Source of the DNA: Candidatus Omnitrophota bacterium
GTDB lineage: Bacteria > Omnitrophota > Gorgyraeia > Zapsychrales > Fredricksoniimonadaceae
Assembly: GCA_021731625.1 (NCBI GenBank)
Contig: JAKFXC010000060.1
Span: forward strand, 794 to 64,793
Direction: 5' to 3'
Length of the DNA stretch: 64,000 nucleotides
Shown here piece by piece: positions 48,950 through 59,264 of the stretch; the stretch's first letter is position 1; each line of letters starts with the position of its first letter. A program made the position numbers and the translations under genes. Under the pieces are notes generated by a model. That model had not been told where the DNA came from. It ran no database searches and was given only the letters and a program-made list of their open reading frames with translations.

Positions 48950-49940
48950 TAAATCGCAAAGGGAACTTTTTAGGATCTTCAAGCGGATAGCCACGACCGC
49001 GTTTATTGCCTTTGGCGCCGTTATAGCCACCACTTACGGCTGGAGGTCTCCGGCAAACCAGGGTTCCTATTTTAAGGACCAACCTGCGTTGGCTCAAAAA
49101 CTGGCAGCACACGTGCGTGTTTTAAGCCAGCACATTGGAACCAGGAACTACGCCCATTATGAGAATTTGCAGAAGGCCGCGGATTATGTAAAGGAAGAGT
49201 TTGAGGCAAGGGGCTATAAAATCCAAGAACAGGCCTATACGATCGATGGGACCACGTATAAAAATATCATAGTCAAAACCGGGGAGAGCCCAACTGGCGA
49301 GTACATTGTGGTGGGCGCCCATTACGACTCCTGCTTTAACCCCGGCGCGGATGATAATGCCAGTGGGGTGGCGGGATTGCTTGAGTTGGCGCGGATGTTG
49401 AAGGCAGAACATCTAGAAACACCGGTTATGCTGGCCGCTTTTGTTAACGAAGAGCCGCCTTTCTTTATGACGGACAATATGGGAAGCCTGGTATTTGCCA
49501 AGAAGTTGTCACAAGAAGGCATCAAAGTAAAAGGCGCCATCATCCTAGAGATGCTTGGGTTTTATTCAGATCAGCGGTTCTCCCAAAAATACCCTCCCTT
49601 GTTCGGTCCGTTTTACCCCAATCAAGCCAATTTCATCGCCCTGGTCGGCAATTTTAAGTCCAAAAAGCTGGTGGATTTTATCCATAGGGATTTTACCAAA
49701 AACGAATATTTTCCGATGGAGGCCGTCGCCTCACCTGAATTTGTCCCGGGAGTCAATTTTTCCGACCATTGGTCATTCTGGCAGCTGGGGTACCCGGCGG
49801 TGATGGTGACCGACACGGCGTATTTGCGCAGCAAACATTACCATCAAATGAGCGACACCGCTGAGACCTTAGACTATGAAAAAATGGCCAAGGTGATTTT
49901 TGGCCTCAATAGAACTATTGCCGCGCTCGCGCAACAATAA
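48942..49940 (+). CDS. M28 family peptidase
   Basis: VGAHYDS, PGADDNASG, NEEPP, SDH, HYH..D. Confidence 0.92.
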   Translation: MSTKSQRELFRIFKRIATTAFIAFGAVIATTYGWRSPANQGSYFKDQPALAQKLAAHVRVLSQHIGTRNYAHYENLQKAADYVKEEFEARGYKIQEQAYTIDGTTYKNIIVKTGESPTGEYIVVGAHYDSCFNPGADDNASGVAGLLELARMLKAEHLETPVMLAAFVNEEPPFFMTDNMGSLVFAKKLSQEGIKVKGAIILEMLGFYSDQRFSQKYPPLFGPFYPNQANFIALVGNFKSKKLVDFIHRDFTKNEYFPMEAVASPEFVPGVNFSDHWSFWQLGYPAVMVTDTAYLRSKHYHQMSDTAETLDYEKMAKVIFGLNRTIAALAQQ

Positions 49941-49951
49941 ACGGAGTAAAC

Positions 49952-50443
49952 ATGGATGCTTTGAAACCATTTGGGATGGACATCGGCAAGGGCAATATCA
50001 ACGAGGAAGTGGTGTACTTGCTGGCGCTCATTTACAGCTATCTCTTCGACGACATGTCCGGCTATTTGAGCAAATCTCAACTGACGCCGGCAAAATTCAA
50101 TGTGCTCATGATCCTTAAACACCACGGCGGAAAAGCAGGCATGCGCCAAGGCGATTTAAGCCAGCGCCTTTTGGTGAGCACTTCGAATATGAGCCGGGTC
50201 TTAGAAAAATTGCAGAGGGAAGGCTTGATCACTTTAGGCGGCACCGCAACCGATCGTCGCATCAAATTGATACGCATCACACCGGCGGCCACCAAGTTAT
50301 TGGATAAAGTCTGGCCTGGCTATACCCAGCGGCTCAAAGACTTAACGCAAGCACTGCCGGAGGACAAGAAGAGGGAATTATCTGGGATTCTCGTGCAATG
50401 GATAGGCTTTTTCACCCAAAAAGGAGGGGCGCATGCCCGCTAA
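49952..50443 (+). CDS. MarR family transcriptional regulator
   Basis: LTPAKFNVL, DRRIKLIRIT. Confidence 0.9.
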   Translation: MDALKPFGMDIGKGNINEEVVYLLALIYSYLFDDMSGYLSKSQLTPAKFNVLMILKHHGGKAGMRQGDLSQRLLVSTSNMSRVLEKLQREGLITLGGTATDRRIKLIRITPAATKLLDKVWPGYTQRLKDLTQALPEDKKRELSGILVQWIGFFTQKGGAHAR

Positions 50444-51755
50444 AAAATCGGTGCAATGGCTTTACCAGGAACTACCCGAACTCGTCAGCAAAGGCGTTCT
50501 TTCGGAAACGGCTGCCGACAAGCTTCGGGAACATTACGGAGACATCAAAACGGCGGACAAAAAGTGGTTTGTGATTGTACTGTGTGGGGTGTTAGGCGCC
50601 TTATTTATAGGGTTAGGGATCATTCTTCTGGTCGGCCATAACTGGGAACAGTGGTCTCGGCCGACGAGGACGGTGCTTTCCATTTTGCCGCTGATCCTGG
50701 CGCAGGGTCTGGCTCTTTGGGTTCTGTGGAAGCGGCCGTTGTCCGACGCTCTCAAAGAGAGCACGGCCACTTTTTTAACCCTTATGGTGGGCGCCTCCAT
50801 GGCCCTCATCAGCCAAACGTACAACATCACCTGGGATACCACGGACTTTATCTTGTCATGGATGCTGCTTATTGTTCCCTTGGTTTATCTTATGCAGGCT
50901 AGCATCCCGGCAGCTATTTACGTCGGGGGTATTGCGACCTGGGCGGTTAAGTCAAGCTCTTTTTGGGACCCTTCCGGGCAGGGCATGTTGTTTTGGCCGC
51001 TCTTAGGCGTTGTGGTGCCGCATTTTGTCTGGGCTGTGCAACAGGAAAAATACGCGATCCGGTCTTCGCTCCTGACCATGGTTATGGCCATCAGCATTGC
51101 TATTGAGGCAGGCTTTACTTTAGGCAGGGCTTGGCCGGGAGGTTGGATTATCATGTATTCCAGTCTCTTCACGTTATTTTATTTGATTGGGACCTGGGAG
51201 TTTAAGAAAGTGACCACCGCCTGGCAGCGGGAGTTGCGGGTTTTCGGCGGCCTGGCAATTTTTGTCATGATGTTTATGCTCACGTTTCGATTCCCCTGGC
51301 AGAGTGTCGGCCAGTATGGTTACTATACGCATCAGAATGTGCCGCAGGGGCAGAATATAGCGGACTATATTTTGGCCGTGTTAATGATTGGCGCCGCCCT
51401 GCTCATGAGCTATGCCTACGCCCGACGCCGGGGTTTGATGTCAGCCACATTTGTAGGTTTGCCTGTGGTGACAATTTTTGCATATATGTTTGCCACTGTG
51501 TCCGTCGATTACGCGTTATTTCTCTGCAATGTGTTTTTATTTACGGCCAGCGTGGCCCGCATCTTAAGTGGAATTAAGAGCTATAACTTGGGCGTCATCA
51601 ATACCGGCATGGTGATGTTGGCTGCCCTCATCCTTGCCAGGTTTTTTGACAGCGAAGTGAGTTTTATGGTCAAGGGGCTGGTGTTTATCCTCGTGGGCTT
51701 AGGCTTTCTATTCACCAATGTCATGGTGCTTCGCCGGAAAAGGGGGAAGGCATGA
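50433..51755 (+). CDS. DUF2157-type polytopic membrane protein
   Basis: LVSKGVLS..A..L..HY, GIILLVGHNW, LISQTYN. Confidence 0.8.
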   Translation: MPAKKSVQWLYQELPELVSKGVLSETAADKLREHYGDIKTADKKWFVIVLCGVLGALFIGLGIILLVGHNWEQWSRPTRTVLSILPLILAQGLALWVLWKRPLSDALKESTATFLTLMVGASMALISQTYNITWDTTDFILSWMLLIVPLVYLMQASIPAAIYVGGIATWAVKSSSFWDPSGQGMLFWPLLGVVVPHFVWAVQQEKYAIRSSLLTMVMAISIAIEAGFTLGRAWPGGWIIMYSSLFTLFYLIGTWEFKKVTTAWQRELRVFGGLAIFVMMFMLTFRFPWQSVGQYGYYTHQNVPQGQNIADYILAVLMIGAALLMSYAYARRRGLMSATFVGLPVVTIFAYMFATVSVDYALFLCNVFLFTASVARILSGIKSYNLGVINTGMVMLAALILARFFDSEVSFMVKGLVFILVGLGFLFTNVMVLRRKRGKA

Positions 51756-52297
51756 ACAAAAAAATCTTAAGTTTATTTGCCATTTTAGCCATTGTTCAAC
51801 TCGCGGTGCCAATGTCCATGATCTTAAAAAGGGAACTGGTATTAAAAGAAGGCCAGTTGTTTTGGTTTAAAACGGCGCCGGTGGATCCCTATGATGCTTT
51901 TCGCGGGCGATACGTGGCTTTGGGCATTGAGGCAAATCGTGCGCCCACCCCGAGCGGAGTCAATTTGCGGTTTGGCCAAAAAGTGTACGCCCTGCTTGCC
52001 GTCGATGAACATGGCCTGGCAAAAATTACCCAAGTGACCATCCAAAAGCCCAACGGCCGGTCTTATATAACGGCAAAGGTGGGGTATGTTTCCGGCAATG
52101 AGGTTATCCTGCAATTGCCCCTGGACCGCTATTATATGGAAGAAAAGGCTGCTCCTCAGGCCGAGCAGCTCTATAGAGAACGCAGCAGGCGCGGCGCTCA
52201 AGATGCTCGGTTGGCCGTCAAAGTTAAAGACGGCATCGTCGTCATTGAAGGTCTGTACGTGGGGGGCGAAAGAATCGAAAAAATGTTGAAGTCATAG
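51752..52297 (+). CDS. GDYXXLXY-domain protein
   Basis: PVDPYDAFRGRYVAL, RYYMEE; usual partner of DUF2157. Confidence 0.82.
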   Translation: MNKKILSLFAILAIVQLAVPMSMILKRELVLKEGQLFWFKTAPVDPYDAFRGRYVALGIEANRAPTPSGVNLRFGQKVYALLAVDEHGLAKITQVTIQKPNGRSYITAKVGYVSGNEVILQLPLDRYYMEEKAAPQAEQLYRERSRRGAQDARLAVKVKDGIVVIEGLYVGGERIEKMLKS

Positions 52298-52319
52298 TTG
52301 GCATCAAAGGAGAGTAAGA

Positions 52320-53027
52320 ATGATGAAATCTATTCCGAATTATTGTGGAAAAATACTCATCTTAACCTGCTTTGTCTTATCCAGCCCGACGTGGGGAGCA
52401 GCTCCGTCTAACACTTCGGAAGCCGGACAAAAATTTGACCGTATGGAGTTTGTTCTCTTTTATAATGCCAATCATTTGCCCAAGGGAATGTCCACCTACA
52501 AGGTCGATCGCGATCAAAAAAAAGTGCAGTATTTTGACGCGGATGGTCACCTGCGGGAGGAACGTGTCCTGGATATGCAAAAGAACATAGTATCAAAAAA
52601 ATTTAATCCACAAGGGGATCTTGTCAGCGAGACTGTTGTTACAGAACAAGACGTGAATCGTTCCGGGCAGGAGTCCCAGAAATACGGCAAGGAGGTCGTG
52701 GAACCAAAAGTCCAAGCGCTCATTCAAAAGCTTGCCCAGGCTGCGGAAAATTATGCCAAGAAGCATAGCGGGCAGTATCCCGTTAACATGACGGATTTAA
52801 CAAAATCAGCGCCTGCTTATCTAGACACATGTGAGTGCGATCAGAATAAGGACATGTATTACATTCGCTGCAACTTGAAAGAAGATGGATACACATTCAT
52901 AGCACACTCGATTTGGTCCCATAAAGAATCATTTGTCATTTCTACAGGCGGACAATTGCAGACGAAGAAACCGGGAGAACTCGGGCCCGGACTTCCATAT
53001 ATCAAATCGGAGTCGCCTTGCCAATGA
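52320..53027 (+). CDS. Hypothetical exported protein with pilin-like C-terminal region
   Basis: Signal peptide; KLAQAAENY...GQYP...L....PAYL..C..Y..C..YTF.A. Confidence 0.6.
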   Translation: MMKSIPNYCGKILILTCFVLSSPTWGAAPSNTSEAGQKFDRMEFVLFYNANHLPKGMSTYKVDRDQKKVQYFDADGHLREERVLDMQKNIVSKKFNPQGDLVSETVVTEQDVNRSGQESQKYGKEVVEPKVQALIQKLAQAAENYAKKHSGQYPVNMTDLTKSAPAYLDTCECDQNKDMYYIRCNLKEDGYTFIAHSIWSHKESFVISTGGQLQTKKPGELGPGLPYIKSESPCQ

Positions 53028-53048
53028 ACGCGGCAGAACAAATATAAT

Positions 53049-53199
53049 TTGACAAATATAGGGTGATGAGGCATACTATGGGCGTAGTAAATATAGCAGA
53101 AGCACCGTAAAGCCGTAAGGCGAGAAGGTTTAAATGCCTTGCGGTTTTTATTTTGCCGTTATTTACTCAAAATTCACAGGAAAAGGAGGTAGTAAAGTA
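53049..53199 (+). promoter_or_regulatory. csp promoter and long structured 5' UTR
   Basis: TTGACA-N17-CATACT; hairpin GCCGTAAGGC/GCCTTGCGGT; AGGAGG RBS. Confidence 0.6.
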
Positions 53200-53400
53200 A
53201 TGGCAAAAGGAACAGTAAAATGGTTCAGCGACCAAAAAGGTTTTGGCTTCATTACTCCAGAGTCAGGCAAAGATGTGTTCGTTCACCACAGCGCAATTCA
53301 AGGTGAAGGTTACAAATCGTTAGCCGAAGGTCAGGCGGTTGAGTTCGACATCACCACCGGCCCCAAAGGAGAACAAGCCCAAAACGTGGTTAAGCTGTAA
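53200..53400 (+). CDS. cspA: Cold-shock protein
   Basis: [24 protein letters not shown]. Confidence 0.96.
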   Translation: MAKGTVKWFSDQKGFGFITPESGKDVFVHHSAIQGEGYKSLAEGQAVEFDITTGPKGEQAQNVVKL

Positions 53401-53439
53401 ACTAAGAAAATCACGGTCCTACTAACGGGCCTTTTCTTG

Positions 53440-53476
53440 ATAACCCCTGCGAGCAACACCGCAGGGGTTATTTTTT
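53440..53476 (+). terminator. Intrinsic terminator after cspA
   Basis: ATAACCCCTGCG/CGCAGGGGTTAT followed by a T run. Confidence 0.85.
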
Positions 53477-53658
53477 GGGGACTTAATGCTATTTTAATCT
53501 TTCTTTCATAAATGATCTGGTACAATTTTGAACATGCGACCGAATAATATTGAGGGGAAAGGCCGTTGGGTCGCAGTTTTATGGCTGCTAGGGGTCCCCT
53601 TGCCGATCCTATTGCTCGTCTTTTTCTTACGCGGATGTCAATAACCCCGAGGTAGATC

Positions 53659-54024
53659 ATGTCGAATTTAAGCCGCATCATTATTATCAAAAATTCCACC
53701 CAAACCGTGTTTAAGCTCTTTGATCTAGGGGTACTCCCTAGTTTCATCAAAAATACTTTGGCGCAGGACCGGCAATGGAACACCGAAATCGTGGAAGTTC
53801 AAAGGAATCGGCGCATCCGTTGGCACAGCAGCAGCGGTGAGATCGAAACTAAGGGTCAAGTGATTTTAAATGCCCTGGATCATGACCGCACGGAGCTTGT
53901 GTTTAAATTGGAATCCACAGCGGATCCTGCCCACCAAAAATTGGAGGAAGATTTAAAGAGATTTAAGGAAATCGCCGAGAACTCTGAGATATTTTCTTCT
54001 GCAATTGTGCCTCATCTGTTATAA
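53659..54024 (+). CDS. SRPBCC/polyketide cyclase-like protein
   Basis: WNTEIVE..NRRIRW.S..G.V..TEL..EDLKRFKE. Confidence 0.65.
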   Translation: MSNLSRIIIIKNSTQTVFKLFDLGVLPSFIKNTLAQDRQWNTEIVEVQRNRRIRWHSSSGEIETKGQVILNALDHDRTELVFKLESTADPAHQKLEEDLKRFKEIAENSEIFSSAIVPHLL

Positions 54025-54071
54025 TCCCATCCGGATAAAATCAGTTTTAATCTAGAACAAGGAGTGAACAC

Positions 54072-54770
54072 ATGCGCATAATGAGCCCTTTTGTTATGGT
54101 GTGCCTTTGGTCATCCGAGGCCTTCGCCGCGACCGTCGACCCCAGTGGCACGGAGATGACGCTTTGGCAGACCCTGGTGGCCGGCGGCATGGTCATGATT
54201 GTTATCGGGATCTTGTCGATCATTGCCGGGGCCATCATCATTTATGATTTTTGGAACTTGAAAGTAGAAAAGCTGACGCCCAGGCGATTCTTTCAGGAGG
54301 TAACCCGCAAACTGGAAGAGAAAAATTTGAAAGATGCCCGGGTCATGTGCCTCAAGGAAAACAACAACATCATTGCCCGCATCGTTTTGGCCGGTTTGGA
54401 TAAACTCAAAAAAGGGCAAACTGATGTGAAAGAGTCCGTCGAGCACCAGGCCCGCATCGAGATCGGCAACCTTTGGCAGAATTTGAGTTACCTCTCCGAC
54501 ATTGTCGCGGTGGCCCCGCTTTTGGGGTTGCTGGGAACAGTGCTGGGGATGATCCAGGCCTTCCATGCGGTGCCGCTGCAGTCGGCTGCTGTCAAGACCA
54601 CCTTGCTCGCCGCCGGTATCTCCAAAGCCATGGTCGCCACCGCGTCCAGTTTGATTGTCGCCATTCCAGTGCTTATGGCGTATTCCTATTTTCGCGGCCG
54701 GGTGCAGCAATTGACCACGGTGATTGAAATGTACACCACGGAAACCATCCGGATGTTGGAAAAATTATAA
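54072..54770 (+). CDS. exbB: MotA/TolQ/ExbB proton channel protein
   Basis: APLLGLLGTVLGMI, LAAGISKAMVATA. Confidence 0.9.
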   Translation: MRIMSPFVMVCLWSSEAFAATVDPSGTEMTLWQTLVAGGMVMIVIGILSIIAGAIIIYDFWNLKVEKLTPRRFFQEVTRKLEEKNLKDARVMCLKENNNIIARIVLAGLDKLKKGQTDVKESVEHQARIEIGNLWQNLSYLSDIVAVAPLLGLLGTVLGMIQAFHAVPLQSAAVKTTLLAAGISKAMVATASSLIVAIPVLMAYSYFRGRVQQLTTVIEMYTTETIRMLEKL

Positions 54771-54788
54771 AGATCGATGGGGGGCCGC

Positions 54789-55217
54789 ATGTTTAAATTC
54801 GACGTTTCGGAGTATCAAAAAATAAGACCGCAGATCCAGCTGGCGCCGATGGTGGACATCGCTTTTTGGGCGCTGATGTTTTTTATGATCATTGCGGTGT
54901 TTAACCAAATGGAATCGCAAGTCAACATCACCGTGCCCAAATCAAACGCCGCCACGGAATCCTTGCCCAGCGCCGGGAAATTGATCATCAATGTCACCAG
55001 GGAAGGGCGGTTTATTTTAAACCAGCAAGAGCTCGATGGCAGCGCTCTGGAGGCCATGCTCGCCAAGGTGTACAAATTGTTCCCCAACCAGCAGGTCATT
55101 ATCCGGGCCGACGCCATGGCGTACCATAAATACATCATTCAGGCCTTGGATGCCTGCATGCGGGCGAATATCACCGATGTGGCATTTTCGACCGTTAAAG
55201 GAGATGACCGAGAATGA
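54789..55217 (+). CDS. exbD: ExbD/TolR family protein
   Basis: LAPMVDIAF (conserved Asp), VIIRAD. Confidence 0.9.
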   Translation: MFKFDVSEYQKIRPQIQLAPMVDIAFWALMFFMIIAVFNQMESQVNITVPKSNAATESLPSAGKLIINVTREGRFILNQQELDGSALEAMLAKVYKLFPNQQVIIRADAMAYHKYIIQALDACMRANITDVAFSTVKGDDRE

Positions 55218-57568
55218 GGATTTGGTTTATGCTGGCTGCGGTGTTGCTCCTTGGCGCCGGGGCCCCGATGCATCCCTGGGCGCAGGAATCCCAAAGGGAA
55301 ATGGAACAGTTGGATTTTGCCCAGGGCTTGCTCATGCGCGGGTTAAACGAGATGGCGGTGGCCGAATACCAAAAATTCATCACCGAGTTTCCGCAAAGCC
55401 CGTCCCTGCAGGACGCGTATTTAGGCCTGGGCGAAAGTTATTTTATCATCCAGGATTTTCCTAAATCCGCCGAGGCGTTTGGCACCATCAAAAAACATTA
55501 CCCGGATTCGCCGAATTTCCCCACCGCGGTGCTGCGGCTGGGCCAGATCGCCTTTGGCCAAAAACAATACGACCAAGCCATCCAGGAATTAAGTTCGGTC
55601 AATTTTGAGGAGCGTTTCAAGGACCAGCTGCAGGTGTTGCAGTCATTTTATTTTTACCTGGCCAAATCCTTCCGTGGCAAAGGGGACTGGAGTTCCGCTT
55701 TAAACTATTTTCAAAAGGCCGCCAAGCTCGAGGGGGTTTCCACCAACACGGCCAATGCCCTCCAGGAAGCCGGAGAAATTTATAGCCAGAATGCCCAATA
55801 TCAGGAAGCTGTGGAAAGTTATGGCCAGGCGATCCAGGCCGCCGACGGACACACCCTGAAGGCGTACTTGATTGTTAAGCTTGGGGAAACCCATTTTCTG
55901 GCCGGGGAGTACGAGCGGTCCATCAGTGTGCTTCGGCAGATCGTAGAAAAATATGCCACGCTGGAGATTACCAAAGATGCGTTGGCGAATATTTTGCTGG
56001 GCTATTCGAACTTGGGCCAATTTGAACAAGTGCTGGCTGAGTATAACAGCAATGCTAACCTTATTAAGGAAGTCGGCAGTCATTTTGACATCCATTTCTC
56101 CGCTGCAAAGGCCTTGATAGAGCTGAAACGGTATGAGGAAGCTGCGGCGTTGTTAAATAAAATGTGGTCTTGGCCTGACCTTAAGGCCGCAGACAGACGT
56201 AAAGTGGATTTAAAGAAGGCGGACATTTTACTGAGGCAGAAAAGATTCCCGGAAGCTGCGGGCTTACTGGAGGCCCTGGAGCCAGGCACCGATGGGGCAG
56301 ATGAGGCGGCATTTTTAAAGGCCCAAAGCTATTATGGCCTGGGGGATTTTGAAAAAGCCGGCCAATTTTTTTCCGAGGTCAAAGACAATCATGCCGGTTC
56401 GAATTTTGCCGGGGCCGCTTTGCTGGGGTTGGCCCACGCCCGCCGGGAGGCGGGCAAATACGACCAGGCCGGCGAGCTTTTCTTCAAATTTTATAGCAGC
56501 GAGGCCCAGGGGAGTTTAAAAGAAGAGGCCTTGTATTATGCCGCCTTGATGGATGCGAAGCTAAATGCCCAGACCCAAGCCATTGCGCGGGCCCAGGAAT
56601 ATATCAAAAACTATCCGGACGGGGGGTATTTGGACGCCAGCGTGCTGCTGCTGGCAGACCTTTACGGAAAAACCAATCAGGCCGAGAAGGCCGTCAGTCT
56701 TTTACAGGTGCAGGCGCTGCGGGCCTCTGCCCTCAAACGGCCCCAGGCGGTTTATTTTTTACTGGGATATAACCAACAGCTTTTGGGAAATACCGACCAG
56801 GCGCTGGAGTCTTATTCAAAAGTGGCGTCCGGAAGCGATGAGCAGGCGGTGTACGTTTCTGCCCTAAAGAATTCCGCGGCCATTCAGTTGTCCCGTAAAA
56901 ATGATGCTCAGGCAGCTCAGCTTTTTGACCGTTTGATCACCGAGATTGACAAGAACAATCTGGAAATGCAGACCTACTTGTGGGTGTGCGATCAATATTT
57001 GAGGCAAGAGAAATGGAGCGACGTGCTGCGCGTGGCCCAGAAGGCGGAGCAATATTTTCCCGGACAAATTGAAGGCTCCACCGCCTATTTTAAAGCCGAG
57101 GCTTGGCGTGAACTCAAGGACATGGAGCAAGCGCTGAAAAATTATGATTTGGTTTTAGCGGCACCGGCGAAAAGCATGTACACCGGCGCCGCCCACATCG
57201 GCAAAGCCATGGTCCAGGCGGAGTCTGGCAAATTTGACGAAGCCAAGGCAGAACTGCAAAAAGCCATCGAGGAGAACCCCGAAGACAATACCATCACGCT
57301 GCGGGCCCGCTTTGAGCTGGGCAATGTGGCGGGGGCGGTGGCGGATTGGCAGTCGGCGCTCAAATTCTTTATGCTGATTGTCACCATTTACGACGACGAT
57401 TATTATGTGCCGGAAAGTTTGGTGCGGGCCGGCTGGGCACTGGAGAATTTAAACCGCCAGACAGAGGCCTTAAAGATTTATCAGGAAGTCACCGAGAAGT
57501 ATAAGGATACAGCGCAGAGCGCTCAGGCCCAGGAAAGGACAATGGCTTTGCATGCGGGCAGTAATTAG
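55214..57568 (+). CDS. Exported multi-TPR protein
   Basis: Signal peptide; many TPR-like repeats (FITEFPQSP, AYLGLGESY). Confidence 0.87.
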   Translation: MRIWFMLAAVLLLGAGAPMHPWAQESQREMEQLDFAQGLLMRGLNEMAVAEYQKFITEFPQSPSLQDAYLGLGESYFIIQDFPKSAEAFGTIKKHYPDSPNFPTAVLRLGQIAFGQKQYDQAIQELSSVNFEERFKDQLQVLQSFYFYLAKSFRGKGDWSSALNYFQKAAKLEGVSTNTANALQEAGEIYSQNAQYQEAVESYGQAIQAADGHTLKAYLIVKLGETHFLAGEYERSISVLRQIVEKYATLEITKDALANILLGYSNLGQFEQVLAEYNSNANLIKEVGSHFDIHFSAAKALIELKRYEEAAALLNKMWSWPDLKAADRRKVDLKKADILLRQKRFPEAAGLLEALEPGTDGADEAAFLKAQSYYGLGDFEKAGQFFSEVKDNHAGSNFAGAALLGLAHARREAGKYDQAGELFFKFYSSEAQGSLKEEALYYAALMDAKLNAQTQAIARAQEYIKNYPDGGYLDASVLLLADLYGKTNQAEKAVSLLQVQALRASALKRPQAVYFLLGYNQQLLGNTDQALESYSKVASGSDEQAVYVSALKNSAAIQLSRKNDAQAAQLFDRLITEIDKNNLEMQTYLWVCDQYLRQEKWSDVLRVAQKAEQYFPGQIEGSTAYFKAEAWRELKDMEQALKNYDLVLAAPAKSMYTGAAHIGKAMVQAESGKFDEAKAELQKAIEENPEDNTITLRARFELGNVAGAVADWQSALKFFMLIVTIYDDDYYVPESLVRAGWALENLNRQTEALKIYQEVTEKYKDTAQSAQAQERTMALHAGSN

Positions 57569-59225
57569 GAAGAGGATTTATTTTTCGCTGCTCCTTTCGC
57601 TGTTTGCCCACGTAGGGTTTATGGTGTGGAGCTTTTTTGTGCATGTCGTTCCCAACGCGTACGTGGTCCAGCCCCCGGAAAAATTCATCCACGTCAAGAT
57701 CACCAATGAGGAAAAATTGCGGCACGACGCGCCGCAGTCTAAGGTGAACGCTTCTGAAAAGACCGCCCAGCCCGAAAACCCCTTTGCCCAGACCAAGACC
57801 CTGGAACCGTCCATTGAATCCCAGGAGGCGGTCAAGGACAACATTGCCTCCGCGGTGCAAAGGAACGATGAACCGCCGGCGATTTCTTCGACCCCGGCGC
57901 AGCTGCTGAAGAAACCGCAAATGACGGACCTGGTAGTGACCAAGAAAGTTCGGCGCTCAGACCGCCGGAACCTGGTCGAAGTCGGCGAAGTGCCTCATGA
58001 GGAATTCGCTTCCGGGGCCCCGATCATCATTTCCGGCGAGGACATCTCTCCAAATTTCCTGGATAAAGGCAACATTGCGGTGAAGACGGCGCCGGCTGCC
58101 CCGGTGCAGGCTGCCAATGGCCAAAGAGAATTTCAAATCATGCAGAAAAGCTCCTGGGGGGTCAGCCGCAAGTCCAAGGCGGTGGATTCGGGCACCACCT
58201 TGGCGTATGAGCTTTACAAATACCAAGACCCGCAATCGGGGCAGAAATATTTTAAGCTCTTGGTGAAAGTGCGCGATGCCACCATGAATTTTCCGGTCAT
58301 CCCCAAGGAAATCATTTTTTTGGTGGATGCCTCGCAGAGTATCGGAGCGACGCGGTTGGCCCAATTTCAAGAGGCCGTCCTCTATAGCTTAAACCATCTG
58401 AATAAAGACGATTTCTTTAACATCATCATTTTTAAGGCAAAGACCATTCCGTTAAGCGAGGTGTCGCTCCGCGCCCAGCCGGAAAACATCAAAAAGGCCG
58501 CCGCTTTTCTGGCGGAACTAAAATCCGGGGCCACCACCGACGTTTACAATGCGGTGCAGATGAGCTTAAATACCAAAACGCCGTTTACTCCGTCGTACCG
58601 CGTGCTTTTAAGCGACGGCTTTCCCACCCGCGGGATCATCAATTCCCGCCAGGTCATTAATGAAGTGTCTAAAATTAATAACGGCAAAGTAAGTATCTTT
58701 GCCTTTGGGGGCGGAGTGAGTATTAGCCGGTATATGTTGGACTTCGTGGCGTATAAGAATCGGGGGTGGTCACGGTTTACCGATCGGGATTACGCCATCA
58801 GCAAAGAAGTTGCCAAGCTTTATGATGAGATCAGAGACCCGCTGCTTTTGCATTTGCGTTATCATGTAAGCGGCTTAAACGGCAAAGAAGTTTTTCCGCA
58901 AAACCTGCCGGATTTCTTTAAGGGCTCGGAGTTTGTCATTTACGGGACCTATGGCATGGAAGACAGGTTTTTTGTGCAGGTGCTGGGGGATGCTTTAGGC
59001 CAGACGAAAGAGTTTATCGTCAATGATGCTTTGACCAACGCTTTGCCGGGAGACAAAGACATTGCCCGCCAATGGGCTTTCCATAAAATTTATCATCTCA
59101 TCGGCCAATTGAAATACAAAGAAAACAATGAAGCGATCATCAACGAAATCAATGCCTTATGTGCCAAGTATAATATTGTGACCCCTTATTCCAAAAACCT
59201 CGAGAGGAAGCACCCGCCGAATTAA
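57552..59225 (+). CDS. Membrane-anchored VWA-domain protein with TonB-like TM anchor
   Basis: TM with SLFAH (S-x3-H); Pro/Gln-rich linker; MIDAS DASQS..T..LSDG. Confidence 0.82.
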   Translation: MRAVIRKRIYFSLLLSLFAHVGFMVWSFFVHVVPNAYVVQPPEKFIHVKITNEEKLRHDAPQSKVNASEKTAQPENPFAQTKTLEPSIESQEAVKDNIASAVQRNDEPPAISSTPAQLLKKPQMTDLVVTKKVRRSDRRNLVEVGEVPHEEFASGAPIIISGEDISPNFLDKGNIAVKTAPAAPVQAANGQREFQIMQKSSWGVSRKSKAVDSGTTLAYELYKYQDPQSGQKYFKLLVKVRDATMNFPVIPKEIIFLVDASQSIGATRLAQFQEAVLYSLNHLNKDDFFNIIIFKAKTIPLSEVSLRAQPENIKKAAAFLAELKSGATTDVYNAVQMSLNTKTPFTPSYRVLLSDGFPTRGIINSRQVINEVSKINNGKVSIFAFGGGVSISRYMLDFVAYKNRGWSRFTDRDYAISKEVAKLYDEIRDPLLLHLRYHVSGLNGKEVFPQNLPDFFKGSEFVIYGTYGMEDRFFVQVLGDALGQTKEFIVNDALTNALPGDKDIARQWAFHKIYHLIGQLKYKENNEAIINEINALCAKYNIVTPYSKNLERKHPPN

Positions 59226-59264
59226 GATTATTTAATTTCCCTTTAACCTCTGATTCACTTTGCT

